A stretch of DNA of 63,968 bases, the filler included, from Ministeria vibrans ATCC 50519 (Eukaryota > Protista > Filasterea): the NCBI GenBank assembly GCA_943704425.1. It is 9 parts of 9 records of this genome, joined end to end, with 100 filler letters (N's around TTAATTAATTAA, not from the genome) between each part and the next. Parts side by side here need not be neighbours in the genome. Positions count along the whole stretch, not along the records: positions 5,712 to 35,913 come from CALSCP010002636.1; positions 36,014 to 43,276 come from CALSCP010001296.1; 7 more parts are not named here. One strand, written 5' to 3'. The notes under the pieces were generated by a model. That model was not told the origin of the DNA. It was given only the letters and a program-made list of their open reading frames with translations, and did no database searches. This document shows, piece by piece, positions 24,528 to 42,054 of the stretch (the stretch's first letter is position 1; each line of letters opens with the position of its first letter). Made by a program: the position numbers and the translations under genes.

Positions 24528-25448
24528 TCAAACAAACTTGTCTGAAACAGCAGCAATGGCACGGACCAACTCAGGATGGTCCTCGGCACACTCGCGGACG
24601 AGCAGACGGCAGTGCTGCACAATGCGCTTCATGCGTCGCCCGTCGACGCTAGGCTGTTTCCCCGCCAGGTTCCACAGACGCACAGCCATCACCGCTGTCC
24701 GTTTCGTGCTGACGTCTGTGAAAGTCATGATTCGCTCCACTAAGCCAATGCACAGCTCCAGAAGACGCTTGCTTGACTGCCATAATAAAACAAGCATTTG
24801 ATATTAGAGATGGTATTAAGGTTAGGGTTGTTATTCGGGATAGGATTAAGGTTTAGGGGGTTCACTATAATATTAATAATAATGATGACTTTTTTGGTTC
24901 TTACTGCTGAGTCTGTGTTCTCGCCAAGCTTTGCCATATGCGAGACAATCTCACCAATGACGGTGTTGAGAATGTCGTAGATAACATTCATAAAAGCTTT
25001 TGATTGTGCATAAAGTGTGTCGTTGGACTCGACTGAGTAAACAAAAGCGGAGGGAGAGAGAAGATGAGCAAATAAAACACGAACACAACAAATAAAAAAG
25101 ACGTAATAATAATAATAATAATAATTATAATAATTATTATTAATATTATAATAATAATCTAATTATAATGATCCCTCTCTATGTCTCTACCGTCTGTGAT
25201 GTGGTACGGATACTTCTGTTGAGCGAGCGTGCAGCAAAGGGCGACCACTTCGGTGTACGCGCGTGCCTTGCCATCCCCCTTGGCATCCCACTCGTACTTG
25301 CCAACGGCAGACAGAAGACCCCGGAAGATGTACAGCTGAGTCTGTTCCGGGTGGTCAGGCGCGACAATGAGTGCTCCCAGAAACTGGTGTACATAGTCCA
25401 CAAGGAACTTCTCCGTCGATTGCATCTTTCCATCGATTTCTAATTGAG

Positions 25449-25492
<44 letters not shown>

Positions 25493-28400
25493 TAGTCTCC
25501 TCTCATCTACTGGTCCCTCTTTCTTTACCAGTGTGCTGGGGGAGCTCTGAAATGGTCGAGATGGCGGCTTTGAAGAAGGAATCCGCCTGTGTAAGAGCCA
25601 AGTTGACCACAAGCACCTGAGCACAGATAAGGTAGAGACGCAGACGCGAAGGGACGTCGAAGATCGAGGGGATGGTGATGAAGTTGTAGGCGCCGCAGGC
25701 ACGCACAAAGGCCGCCGTCTTGCGTGTATGGTTGCCGCCAACAATGTGTCGCGCAGTCATAATCAGACCTATGGTGGGAGAAGAATGTAAAATGCTACGA
25801 GTCAATGTAGTGCGACGATACCATTGACAGAGTGCACTAGCATGACAAGGACGTAGTCGAGATTGGTGAAGGCGGCGCGTGCCTCAACACAAAAGTTCAA
25901 TTGCTGCTCAAAGTCCCGGCCAAAATCGACCTTGCGAATAAAGTAGGCAATGAGATGGGAGATCTGACGACGCTCGTCGTCAAAGCTGAGCGCGTCAATG
26001 GAGTCATGCAGCTGCTTGGCGACAAACATGAGTGCGTTGACAATGACGGGATCCGCAGTTGTCTCGTGCGAGTGTGCGCAAAACGCATCCATGACCATCT
26101 TGCATGCCTCCACCTTGCTCGACTCCTTTTGGAACAGGTCCAGGAACGGCATGAAGTTGTCCATGAAGAACAGTGTGTGGAAGTCGTGTTCGTGGATCAA
26201 AAGCTGGCAAAAGAGAAAATTGATGTCAGTGAGAATAGAGAGACGGAGAGAAAGAAAAAGGGTTGATGTTGTGCAAAAGAATCGAATGCGTTACCTTTTG
26301 AATGACACTGAGAAGCTGAGGGTAGAGCTTCTCAAAAGCACGGTCGGGGGTGACACGCTGGATAATGTCGCCAAGAATGCCATTGACCTGGGCACTGCCA
26401 AAGTACTTGGCCGGGTACTCAATCCACACGTCCGCACACGCCATGTACTCGACGGGGTCCGTGACGTCCTGCGTCACTTGCCAGCACTATAGAGAGAGAG
26501 AGGTGAGGGAGAAAAAAAAACAATGTAATAGAGAGAAGGAAACAAAGTAATACAGAAAACAAGAAAGAAAGTAATAAAGAGAGACAGAGTGTGAAAAAGC
26601 GAGTGAAAAAAGTGACAATATGAGATGCAATATGAGGGAGATACACCACGAAAAATAGACAATTTCTCCCACTACAGTTACCTCCTTGAAGATCTCTTGG
26701 CGATCTTCCTCGGGCGGCTCACAGAGAACCAGGTTAACACCAAGAGTGCGCTGCAGATGATGCTTCTTGCTGCCCAGCTCGTCTGCCTCGTTGATAAAGC
26801 GTGAGAAACGAGCAGCATGCTGCGCAATGTAGCTTGGCTCAAACGCACACATGATAGCATTAAGGACGTTGGATGCCTTGCAGTGGTCCGTGTACAGCTG
26901 TAGAATCTTCTGAAGTGTCTCCTACACACACAGAGGGAGAGGGAGAAAAAAACAAAGTGACAGAGAAAGAGAGAGAGAGAACAAAGTGATAAAGAGGAAG
27001 AAAGAAACAAAGTGATAAAGAAAGAAAGAAAGTGATAAAGAGGGAGAAAGAAACAAATTGATAAAGAGGGAGAAAGAAAGTGATAGAGAGAGAGAGGGAG
27101 ACAAACATACAATATTAGCTGCTCTGATTTTTTTTTTAAGTTGTGATTGTGTTGTGTGTACCGGAGATGACTTGTACGAGGTGCACTGAAGGATCCACTC
27201 AATGGCGGGTGAGAAGAGGTCGAGGTAGGTGAAAAGGTCCATGCGGTGCTGACTGCGCACCTGATCGACGGAGCGAGTGCGGACCTGCTGAAAAGTGACA
27301 AAAAAGTCGTCAACATTGTCCATGAGGTGGGAGCGGACGCCCGGCGCGACGTTCCAGCCCACACGGCACAGATACGCGCGCATGTAGATCTGCGCAAGGG
27401 GGTCGCCCACACCGCGAATCATGCGTGTGAGCCGGTTGAGTCCGTCCGAGTAGTCGTTGGTTTCCAGAAAAGAGTAGCACTTGAGAATTGCCATTTCGAC
27501 GTACAGACGCGGAATCAGCTCACGGATCGATGCAATCTTGTAGAACCAGTTGCGACAGGGCTCCTTGGCGCTCTCGGGAACCATGGAAGCAGTAAAATTG
27601 TCTGAATGAAAAGCCCACACGGAGTAATGTCAATCACTCCTTGTCTTTGTGCGTTTAATCTCTTACCAGGAAGTTGCATTGGTTTCTGGTTGGGACGCTC
27701 GATGACCGCCTTGGATTTGATTCGGTCAAACACAAGACGCCCAAAACAGTCCAGAACGTTGGTCAGCAGAACCCATTTGCTCGGGAAGAATCTACGACAA
27801 GAACAGAACAACTTTAGTTATCTATCTATAACTTTAATCTTTCTCCTCCCTCCTGTCTCTCCCAATCACTATATTCTTTATCCTCCCTCCTGTCGCTCTC
27901 TATCACTTTATTCTTTCTCCTCCCTCATTTCTCTCTCTCTTTCTTACTTGATGACGCTCATATCAGCAAGCAACTTTGCCGCTTGAATGGCAATTTTGAG
28001 TGCTTTGACGCGCTGACCGGCCTCCCAGGACTTGTTGAGCTCCTGATTGAGCTGATCGATGCGCTTGACGTACTCTGACTGGCTTAGGTCGTCCATGCGC
28101 ACCGGGCTATCTTCGTCGTCGAGCTCTTCAAGACGCTCTTTCACAGTGTCTGTGGACGTGGTTGCACTCTTCATCACCCCAACGCCACTCTAAAGAAAAG
28201 AATCAATTAGATGAAGCAGCAAAGACAAAACATCCCTTACCATTCCTTGGTCGGGCAGATAGCTACAGGTAATGGAGAGCTTCTCACTGGTTGTGTACTT
28301 GGCAAGAATGCCGGACGTCTTGGCCGACCAAGGCTCGAAGGAGTCGTCGACTTCGAGATGGACAGCGCCCGCAATCATCGGCGACGCCTGGTTCGACGCC

Positions 28401-28767
28401 GACGAATTGCTCCCGCTCACAATCGCCGACACAAGCGGGTCGAGCACGCTTATTGACGCCGCGCTGCTCAGGGGATCAGACGAGAGGGGGTCCGAGAAGC
28501 CTCCGGCGCTCAGAGGATCATCGTCGACAAGCGTAGCGGCCATGAGAGGGTCATCAATGACCATGGCCTTTTGTTTTTCTTTCACCGCCTTGGCCTCTTT
28601 GGCGACTTTGGCGAGCGCTATCCACACGGAAAATAGAAGTATACGTTACAACCTGACCCAGCGCACAGCGAGCGGCCGCCAACACAATCGGAAACTTCCC
28701 CACAAACCATTTCCGTCTTTTTTCTTCACTTTTTTTTTCTTTTTTTTTTTCTTCTCTCTCTCTCTCA

Positions 28768-28799
<32 letters not shown>

Positions 28800-29000
28800 C
28801 AACTCACACGCAATACCTTCTTCGTCGCCTCGCTCCTGGGCACTCACCGCCTTGTCCATGATACGCGCACGCTCGAGCTCGGCCGACGTCAGCAGCGGAT
28901 GCGCAATGACATTTCCCTGTGAGTTCGCAGCAAACGCGTTGCGCTCGCCCTCAAAGTCACGCGGGCGCGGACGCCATTCACTAGGCTCTTCTGCAACCAT
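24528..29000 (-). CDS. VPS35L: VPS35 endosomal sorting factor-like (Retriever subunit, C16orf62), multi-exon
   Basis: WEAGQRVKALKIAIQAAKLL, WFYKIASIRELIPRLYVEMAILKCY, FGRDFEQQLNFCVEARAAF, HTRKTAAFVRACGAY. Confidence 0.93.
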
Positions 29001-29154
29001 GCGATACGATGCACAAAAGAAACTATAATATCAGAATAATCACATATTATGAGACTAATAGAGACCTACTTTTATATTGTGAGATCAGCCAACTTCACAC
29101 TCTGAGTTAAAAACTTTAATCGTATCACTCAGTTCACTCTTTTATTATAGTCTG

Positions 29155-29493
29155 ATGAAGCTCGCACTTGTCTGTGTTGCCTCACTGGTCGCGTGTGTGT
29201 ATGCGTCCCCCCAGGGCTGCAAGGGCACCGCAAACCAATTCGAAATATGGGATGGTGAAGCAACGCTGATGCGTAACACCACTCACGGCGAGCTGTACAC
29301 AGTTCATAATGACTACGTAAGCGACGGGGGAGGGGAGGGCGCGCGTGAGTTGTGTTGCATGGAAAAAGTGCAAACTATCACCTGACTCGCTCTACGCGGG
29401 CACCAACGCCCCCTTCAAGCACGTCTGCCGCCTTCAGACAGACCGTGTGTGTGACGGGTTACTCCCTGGTGTTGAATAAGGTCCTCACAACCC

Positions 29494-29527
<34 letters not shown>

Positions 29528-30880
29528 GTCTCTTTGTCTCTTTGTCAAAGATTCGGCTGTTGCACCTCTCTGGGACGCCGTACGAGATGGGCTTTGCGCA
29601 GGGCACCCTCCTCAAGCAGGAGATTACCACCATGTTTGGGGAGTTCTCCAAGTTCCTTGACGAACAAGTTGACGATGTAAGAGCGCTGTCACCCAACACA
29701 CAATCATAACAATCAGAATTATTGTTATGATTATTATTATTATTATTAGTGTAGTGTCCTCATTCTGTGTTATTATAGGCGCTCCCGCACGTCCCCGAGG
29801 CGCTGCGCAAGCTTATTGAAGACATTGGCATTCCAGCTGTTCTCGAATTGACTGCGGATCTGACAAAGGACTTTACGCCTCAGGTTCAGACACGAAGAAT
29901 ATCACACACAAAGATGCACACCCCCCTTACCACTTGTTTTAGCACTTTTTTGACGAGATGCAGGGACTAGCCGACGGCACCGGGCTTGAGTACAAGAAGA
30001 TCCTGCAGTTGCACATGTTCCCTGAACTGATCAAGGCGTCGTGCTCGATGCTGGGCGCATGGGGCCCCGCGACGAAGAACACGGGAATGCCCGGCGAGCT
30101 TTTGCAGCTGCGTGCACTCGACTGGGGTTTTGACAACCCACTGACCAAGTACCCGCTGGTTGCCGTGTACCACCCGAACGAGGGCGACGGCGAGCCGTTT
30201 GCATCGCTCACCTTCAATGGGTTTGTCGGAACCATCACCGCCTACGGTACTCACCTTGGCATTTCGGAGAAGGTTTGGCTGCACTACAACGGATCCGACT
30301 CGCGTGCGGGCGTTCCGTTTACCTTTTTGATGCGCGACGTGGCGCAGTACGACCGCACCATCGACGACGCACACAACCGCATGGTCAACACGCACCGCAC
30401 CTGCTCCGTCTTCCTTGGTGTTGGCGGCCGCCACCTCAACCAGTTCCGTGCCATCGAGTACAGCTTGCAGCAAGTTGTCGCCTTCAACGACGTCAACTAC
30501 CCGTACTACGCGGAGACGCACCCACAGCTCGACGGCGTCGTCTTTATCGACAAGCACTCGCAGCCTAGCACAGACCCCTGCATGGGCTCCATCATGCAGG
30601 ACTACTACGGCCGCTACAACCCAGCCGCCATTATCAACCTCATTTCTCTCTTTCAAGTTAGTTTTTAATAAGTTTTCATCGTCACAACTTCTTATTCACA
30701 CCTTATTGTTTTATTTGCTAGACGGGCGATCTTCAAGCGGCCATCTACGACTTTGGTGCCAATGATTTCATTGTGTCCGTGGCCGGTCCCGTCTCGGCCT
30801 CCAACGCTACCCTTGCCCCCGCTTATGACCGCCAGTTCCATCGCTTCCACATGACCCCTCTTTTTGCGCACCACTGGTGA
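29155..30880 (+). CDS. Secreted Ntn-hydrolase, acid ceramidase/NAAA-related (Dictyostelium Dcd1-like), multi-exon
   Basis: Signal peptide; HLSGTPYEMGFAQG; FPELIKASCSMLGAWGPAT with the Cys nucleophile; LLQLRALDW. Confidence 0.8.
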
Positions 30881-31182
30881 ATCTGGTGAATACAAGTTAT
30901 AATCATTATTATAAGAATAAGAAGAGTATGTATGCACAGTGAAACATCTTCTTGGAAATACAGTTAATACACCATTACTCAATAATACTCACCAGGACGT
31001 TATTCAATGTCCTCCCTTAGCTTTCAGTCCCTTACACGAATGCATGAGTGCTCTACAGGTGACTTGATGTTAAACTCGAAAGAGGAAAAGTCTAATCTCT
31101 AAACTAAAATTCTAATCTCTAAACGAAAATTCTAAAGTGAAAAGTCTAAGAGCTTTTTATTTTATTTTCCCTCTCTTTCATC

Positions 31183-34100
31183 ATGTCACACCATCTCGTC
31201 CGTGGTGACGACGACGACATGGAAGAGATGAACGGTAAACACCCACAACACGAAAAAGTCACAACAAACTCACTGTTTCCTCTGTATACAGCCTTCGGAG
31301 CGCACGACGAAGGAGACGCCTCCACGGGATTTCTTAGGTACACCCTCATCAGAGCAACTCCATGCGTCCAGCGTCGTTTCTTCGCGCTTTTCTCGTTTTG
31401 AGACTTTTCCCTGTCAAAAAAAAAAATCAATTGTCTTCTCTCCATCTTCTCCATCCGAATCCCTCTGCACCCGCCGTGCATCCCATCTCTTGTGGGGTTT
31501 TGCCATCGTTTCTTGTGTATTGCTCCTCTGTTGACTCTTCATCTGCGATCGTACAACGCAAAAAATTGCTTTTTTTTATCTTTATCACTTTCTCTATCAC
31601 CTCTCTCTCTCTTCCGGGGCACTCTGGGTACACCCAATCACACTTTGGGGTCGTGTAGCTTCTTTGCTAGCGCTTCTCTTGAGCTATATCCCCCATAATC
31701 GCGCCTGTTGTGAGTTGCAAACCTCTTTCCGCCTTTTGCCGTGTTTCTACGGCTTTGCTCCCTTCAATGGTCTCGCCAGCACTCAAAAATACATGTTCCT
31801 TCTCGACAGTGGTCATTTTCGTCTCTTTTTTTGACACCCTTTGACCCCAATGCTCACTTTTGCATCATCTCCTCTCCCTTCTCCCGACACAGCCACGACG
31901 CCGATGACGAAGACATTGGGCTGGTGGGCGGCGAGGTTGGCGGCGACCACCAGTACTCGGGCGAGGGCGGACTGCTCCGCGAAGACTCGTCCATGAGTGC
32001 CGTCAACTTGCCCTTTGTTGATCTCTTCCCGAGCATCCCCAAGTGGAAGCGTGTCGTCGTCAGTTCGTCCGTTCTCTTTGGTCTTTCTCTGCTCTTCATT
32101 ATTGCTGCCACCTACAACTCATTGGCGACGTCCACCAACGAAGTTGAAGGTATTATAACAAATCAGAAATTAATTATTTTCTGTACAAATTATTTTGGGG
32201 GGTTTTCTCTCTCAGGCGAATCATCTTCCATGGAGGCCATGATGTCTACTATGGCGCCCATGACGACGGCTGCGGCTGCCCTTGGCCAGGCCATTACATC
32301 ATCAGCGCGCGACACGCGCTCCTATCGTGAAATGACACTTGACAACGACAGCAGTGGCCGTCGGCGTCACGCCCAAAGCACCCCTGGTCTCCGTGTAGTT
32401 CTGGTCAGCGACCCCACTGCCGACACGGCCGCAGCCGCTGTCAATGTGGGCACCGGGTCTATGGACAACTCGCAAGACCTGCGTGGTCTCGCGCATTTCC
32501 TGGAGCACATGCTCTTCATGGGCACCGAAAAGTACCCGAACGAGTCCGAGTTTGACGAATTCCTTTCGCAACACGGCGGCTCCTACAACGCCTACACCTC
32601 CGACGAGCGCACCGTCTACTACTTTTCGGTTGACCATCGCTATTTGGCGGGCTCACTCGATCGCTTTGCGCAGTTTTTCATTGCGCCGGTGTTCAGCGCC
32701 AACTCCACCTCGCGCGAAGTACACGCTGTCAACAGCGAACACTCTAAGAACCGCCAGGACGATAACTGGCGTGGATGGGAGCTGCTCAAGCGTGCCATGA
32801 ACCCCGCACATCCATTCTCGTGGTTCTCGACAGGCACTCTCGAGACGCTTTGGACTACTCCACAAACACAGAACATTGATGTGCTGCAGCGCCTCCACGC
32901 CTTCCACGAGCGCTTCTACTTTGCTGAGAACATGCGTCTGGTGGTACTGGGTCGCGAGTCGCTGGATCAACTTGAAATGCTTGTGCGCACTTCGTTTGGC
33001 GCCATGGAAACGGGCAAGTCGCCCATTGCTTCGCCGCTGCACTCGCACAGCACGCCCGTGTCACTGCCGTCGCGCATGCCCCATGCCTTCACCGTCAAGC
33101 CTGTGCTCGAGCGCAAGACGCTCTCGCTCTCGTTTCCCACGGCATCTTTTGAGGCGCACGACTCGACGCGTCCGCAAGACTACGTGAGCCACCTGATTGG
33201 CCACGAGGGCGAAGGGTCGCTGCTTGCCTGGCTCAAGCAGCGCGGTATGGCCACCTCCCTCTCCGCTGCCGCCGAGTCGTACACTCAGTTTGGCTTTTTC
33301 ACCATTGAAATTGAGATCACAGACGCGGTTGCAACCAGCCTCGATGCTGTCGATGTGGTTGTCGCAGCCGTCTTCGACTACATTGACACGGTGGTGAGTC
33401 CTGCACCCGTGTGGGTCTTTGACGAGAACAAGCACATGGCACTGCTCTCGTGGGACTACCCGTCCAAGGCGTCACCCATCTCGTATGTGCAGGGTATTGT
33501 GAACCGCATGCAGCATCACATTGACGAGCCCGAGAACCTCCTGGCGCCACCGTCGCGTCTCACCTTTGACAAGTCCCACGTTGACGCCCTGGTCGCGTCG
33601 CTCACTCCCGAGAATGTTGTCGTGACTGTCTTTGCCGAGAATGTCGCAGGCGTCACCTACGATCAACTTGACGCCTTCTACGGTACCGAGTTTGCCGAGC
33701 AGATGGGCACGATGGAGCTTGCGTCACGCATTCTCAAGTGGAAGAGCCGTCCCAGCGCCACTGGCGACTTCCATTTACCGCCCCAGCCCAACCCGTTCAT
33801 CCCTTCTGCCGTATCACTGCTTTCCGACTCCAGCCCGCAACTCGTGGACACTGCGCCGCATGCTGTTGTCGAGAAGCCTACCTACCGCGGTTTCCACCGT
33901 CTCGACGTCTCCTTTGCCGTGCCCAAGGCTCAACTGAGCATGCTTCTCGTCACCGACGTACCCCACGCCAGCCCACGCTACAACGTTCTCTCATCGCTGT
34001 ACGCTCTGCTTGCCATGGACGCATTTGGCAAGACCTCTTACTTGGGTGCGCTTGCTGGGTGCTCCGACGCCTCGTTTGGCGTGGTGCGCCAAGGGCTTGA

Positions 34101-35364
34101 AATCTCCGTCTCGTGCTACTCGTCGGGGCTCGATGCGTTTGCGACGCAGCTGGTGAACGCCGTGCGCCACGGCTACCAGCATCTAACGGCAAGCTCGTTT
34201 GAGGCGCTCCGTGACGCCACCGAGGCGTCTCTGTCGGACGCACAGCTCGCCCATGCGTACACTCAGGCGATGCGTGTCGAGTACGAGACGCTCATGTCGC
34301 GCCGCTTTTCCACTGGCGATCTTCTTTCGCAAGTGCGCACCGTCACCCTCAACCAAGTGGTCGACTTTGCGACCAATGTGCTCTTTGCCGACGTCTCCGT
34401 TGACTGCATCTTCTACGGCAACATTGACGCGAGCACTTCGATGGCCCTGACGCACTCACTCGCGGCCATCATTGCACCCACCCGCCTCGTACAGGCACCC
34501 GCCGCACAGACGACGGTCGCTGTGCCGCCATCGGGTGCCTTCTTGCAGCAGCGCAATGGTAACACTGCGGACACGGACAGTGCTATTGTCGTATCGATGA
34601 TTGCGAGTGCAACCACCGACGACGTGACGGCCATTGCGCACTTGTCGGTGCTTACACAACTGCTGCGCCAGCCCACTTTTGACACACTCCGCACCAAAGA
34701 GCAACTGGGCTACATTGTGTACGGCACGAGTGTGACTATGGGCAACCGCATGGCTTTTGAAGTGATTGTCCAGTCGGCGCTGTCACCCCTGCTTGTTCGC
34801 GACCGTGTTCACGCCTTCCTCGACACGACCGCGCCCGCCCTCATTGCCGCCGTCACGCCGCTCACCCTCGCGTCCACCATCGATATTCTGCGCGCCCAGT
34901 TCCGCATGGTTGACTTGCGCATGTCTCAGCCCTCCAGTCGCATCTACTCGGAGATTGCTCTTCGTCGCTACACCTACGATCGTCGTGAGACCATTGCCAC
35001 TGCTTTGGATAGGTACACATTGATGCGAGCGTGTATATGTGTGTGTGTGTTTGAATGATGATGATGATGATGATGATAACCGTTTTGTTTGTTTGTTTGT
35101 TACAGCATCACCGTTTCTTCTCTTCGGACGTTTGCTACCAGTCTCCTTGCCAACCGGTTTACTATTGAGACGTGGGGCAACAACACAACGCCGGTTGCGC
35201 CTGCTTCGGCGACTGCTGTCACGTCACACGCACTTCTCTTCCCTTCGCCCTGTCCCTGTGGTCAGGTTCAACTCATGTGTGACGGCTCCTGCGTTGTGGG
35301 CTCTCAAATGGGTCCCGCTACGCCTGTCGCTGCCTGTCCCAGATGGCAATTCTTCTGTGATTGA
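31183..35364 (+). CDS. Insulysin-like M16A metallopeptidase with N-terminal transmembrane anchor and Cys-rich tail
   Basis: GLAHFLEHMLFMGTEKYP (HxxEH), GGSYNAYT, FDTLRTKEQLGY; TM VVVSSSVLFGLSLLFIIAATY. Short acidic exons from 31183 splice in frame. Confidence 0.88.
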
Positions 35365-35623
35365 TTGTGAGAGAGAGAGAGAGAAGAACCAACTAACTAT
35401 AGAGAGACAATATAAAAATATACGAATAATTATGATCGAATATATGGATTGAAGAATGAAGAAATCCAGTCAGCCACTCAACCTACATTCTACCTACAGT
35501 CAAGGATTAATGGTCAAAATACCAAAAAAAAAATACAGTCATAATATTTTTATTTATTATTTTTATTACTTGTTTCGTCCTTGGTCTCTTGGTGCTACTC
35601 GCGTGTCGCGCCGTTGAGTTGAG

Positions 35624-35718
35624 ATGAAAGTCAAAGTAATAAAGTGGCGGGCAGTGGCAACGTGGAAATGGACAGCAAAGGACGAAGACTGTGGCATCTG
35701 CCGAATGGCGTTTGACGG
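35624..35718 (+). CDS. ANAPC11: Anaphase-promoting complex subunit 11, exon 1 only (not in ORF track; cut by spacer)
   Basis: MKVKVIKWRAVATWKWTAKDEDCGICRMAFD followed by a GTGAG donor. Confidence 0.92.
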
Positions 35719-36013
35719 GTGAGGAATGGCTTGGATGTGTATGCCTGTGTGTGTGTGTGTGTGTGTTGACGCGGATGAGAGGGGAAGCGGAAAAGACGTT
35801 TCTTTGTTCCCAAAAGAAAAAAAACGGTCGAGACAGACATTCAGATGAATATGCGCGAGAGAGTAAACGAGAGCGTCTTGGCAATCGCTGACACGCTCGC
35901 CCCCTCCCCCCCCNNNNNNNNNNNNNNNNNNNNNNNNNNNNNNNNNNNNNNNNNNNNTTAATTAATTAANNNNNNNNNNNNNNNNNNNNNNNNNNNNNNN
36001 NNNNNNNNNNNNN

Positions 36014-36065
<52 letters not shown>

Positions 36066-36089
36066 GCTCGAGTGGTGAAAAGTGGGTAC

Positions 36090-40249
<4,160 letters not shown>

Positions 40250-40608
40250 GGCGGCGCAGCGGGAAGCAGTGGGTCGATCTGTGTGTGTGACCGTCAGTTA
40301 CTAGTTGAAGCCGCAAAAGTGCGAAAAGATCTGAGAGTTTGATTTGGAGTTTGGTTTTTGGGGGAAGAATTTTGCTTTGAATTTGGGGAGTTGAGATTTG
40401 AGAGGCCAGTCACTGTACGAGTACTGCGCACACTGGCATGTCTTCAGTACGCACCCATGATAAAAGATCTTAGATCGTATTGATCTACGAGATAGAGAGA
40501 GAGGGAGAAAGTCGAGAAGACGCTCACCAGGATTTGCAGAGGTAAACTTAATCAAAAATCCATATTATTTTTTTCAATTTTTGGATCAGTAATTTTTTTT
40601 TTGATTGA

Positions 40609-40989
40609 ATGGACGTTCCACTTGCAGTGCTGTTTGGGACGGGCGTATCGTTTGCCTTGCTGTTCCACCTGCTCCAGCAAGAACACCATGTGACGCTGTT
40701 CCCCTCGGCCCAGCGCATTCCCGGCCTGTGGGTCCCCTTCAGCTCGGGCGTGGCGTCGATTCTCATTGGCTCCGTCTATCCGTATGTCGACACGTTACTC
40801 TTTCCCGGTCGCTCCTTCAAGCGCGACTGGAGCACTGTCATGCGATCCTTTGGCATCTTCATCGGCATCAACTACGCCTCTGCGGTAAGCGTCAAGTGTG
40901 CGCGCGTCTCTCCGGTCGCTCAGACGTGACAGACAAGTTTGAAAACGACTTTAGCACAATAAGAAGAATAATAATATTGATGGAGAGCG

Positions 40990-41021
<32 letters not shown>

Positions 41022-41741
41022 GAAAGTGAAACTGTCGAGCAATACAACTCCCAATCGCCTCGGCGCTGCATCCCCATGTCTATGTTCTCCGGGATATCCC
41101 CAGCACGGGCGACTGCTTCGCCAAACACGACTTCCTTGTGCCGTTAGCAACCGTACTTTATGTCTTTATGTTTTCCGCTTTCTTTCTTTCTCTTTCTTCT
41201 CTCTCTCTCTCTCTCACTCACTCACTCTTCACCACGCTCTCAACTCACCCCGACGCTTCTTCACGCGGGCTCTTCCGTGCGTGTGTGTAGAAGCTCCCGT
41301 TTGCAACGAACATCCAGCTTTCGTTGATTTTGGCAATGCTGGCCATGGCGCTCTGGTTTCTGTGCGACAGCACTGTCCATGGGCTGATTCTGAGCCTTGC
41401 CACGACTCTCGTGGGCACTGCCATTGTTCAGCTCTTAGTCTACTACGATTTCTTCAAGTAAGATGGCGCCACGTTCACCTCGGGAGTCGAAAGGGAGAGG
41501 CGGGTGTACTTGTTGTTGCACTGTCCCTCACCCACCCACCTACTCACTCACCTACTCACTCACCTACTCACTCACTCACTCATGCAGATTTACCGACCCC
41601 GACTTTTTCTTTGTTCGCTCGTGGATTCCGTCTGTCCTCTTCTCCGCCTCCATCACGTTTGGGTGCTTAGGAAGGCAAATGAAAGGTGCGCAAGGCGCAG
41701 TTGCGCCCTCGGAGCAGGAGCAAAAGCAGCGTATCTTGTGA
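40609..41741 (+). CDS. INSIG: Insulin-induced gene protein (exons 40609-40884, 41291-41457, 41588-41741)
   Basis: IGSVYPYVD, DWSTVMRSFGIFIGINYASAKL, DPDFFFVRSWIPSVLFSASITFGCLGRQM. Confidence 0.92.
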
Positions 41742-42054
41742 GTCTCTCCGCCAGCACCTGACCCATCCCCATCCTTTATTCATTCTGCCAACTGTCGCTC
41801 ACACATTTCTTGTATGCATTGTACCATGTAAGTATTTTATCAATATTTTCACGATCCCACCTGTCACGATCAGGCTCTCTCGCACGCGAAAGGGAGTTCG
41901 TAGTTTGGTCTAAGTAAACCGCTCGTAAGGAGCAATACTTGTAAATCACCGAGGGCTCTATTTTCAACCTTTGCTTACATTTCGCTTATCAGTGTTCTGG
42001 GAGTAACCCCATTCGAACACTCTAATTCAAATTTATTTCCATTTGTACGTTGTA

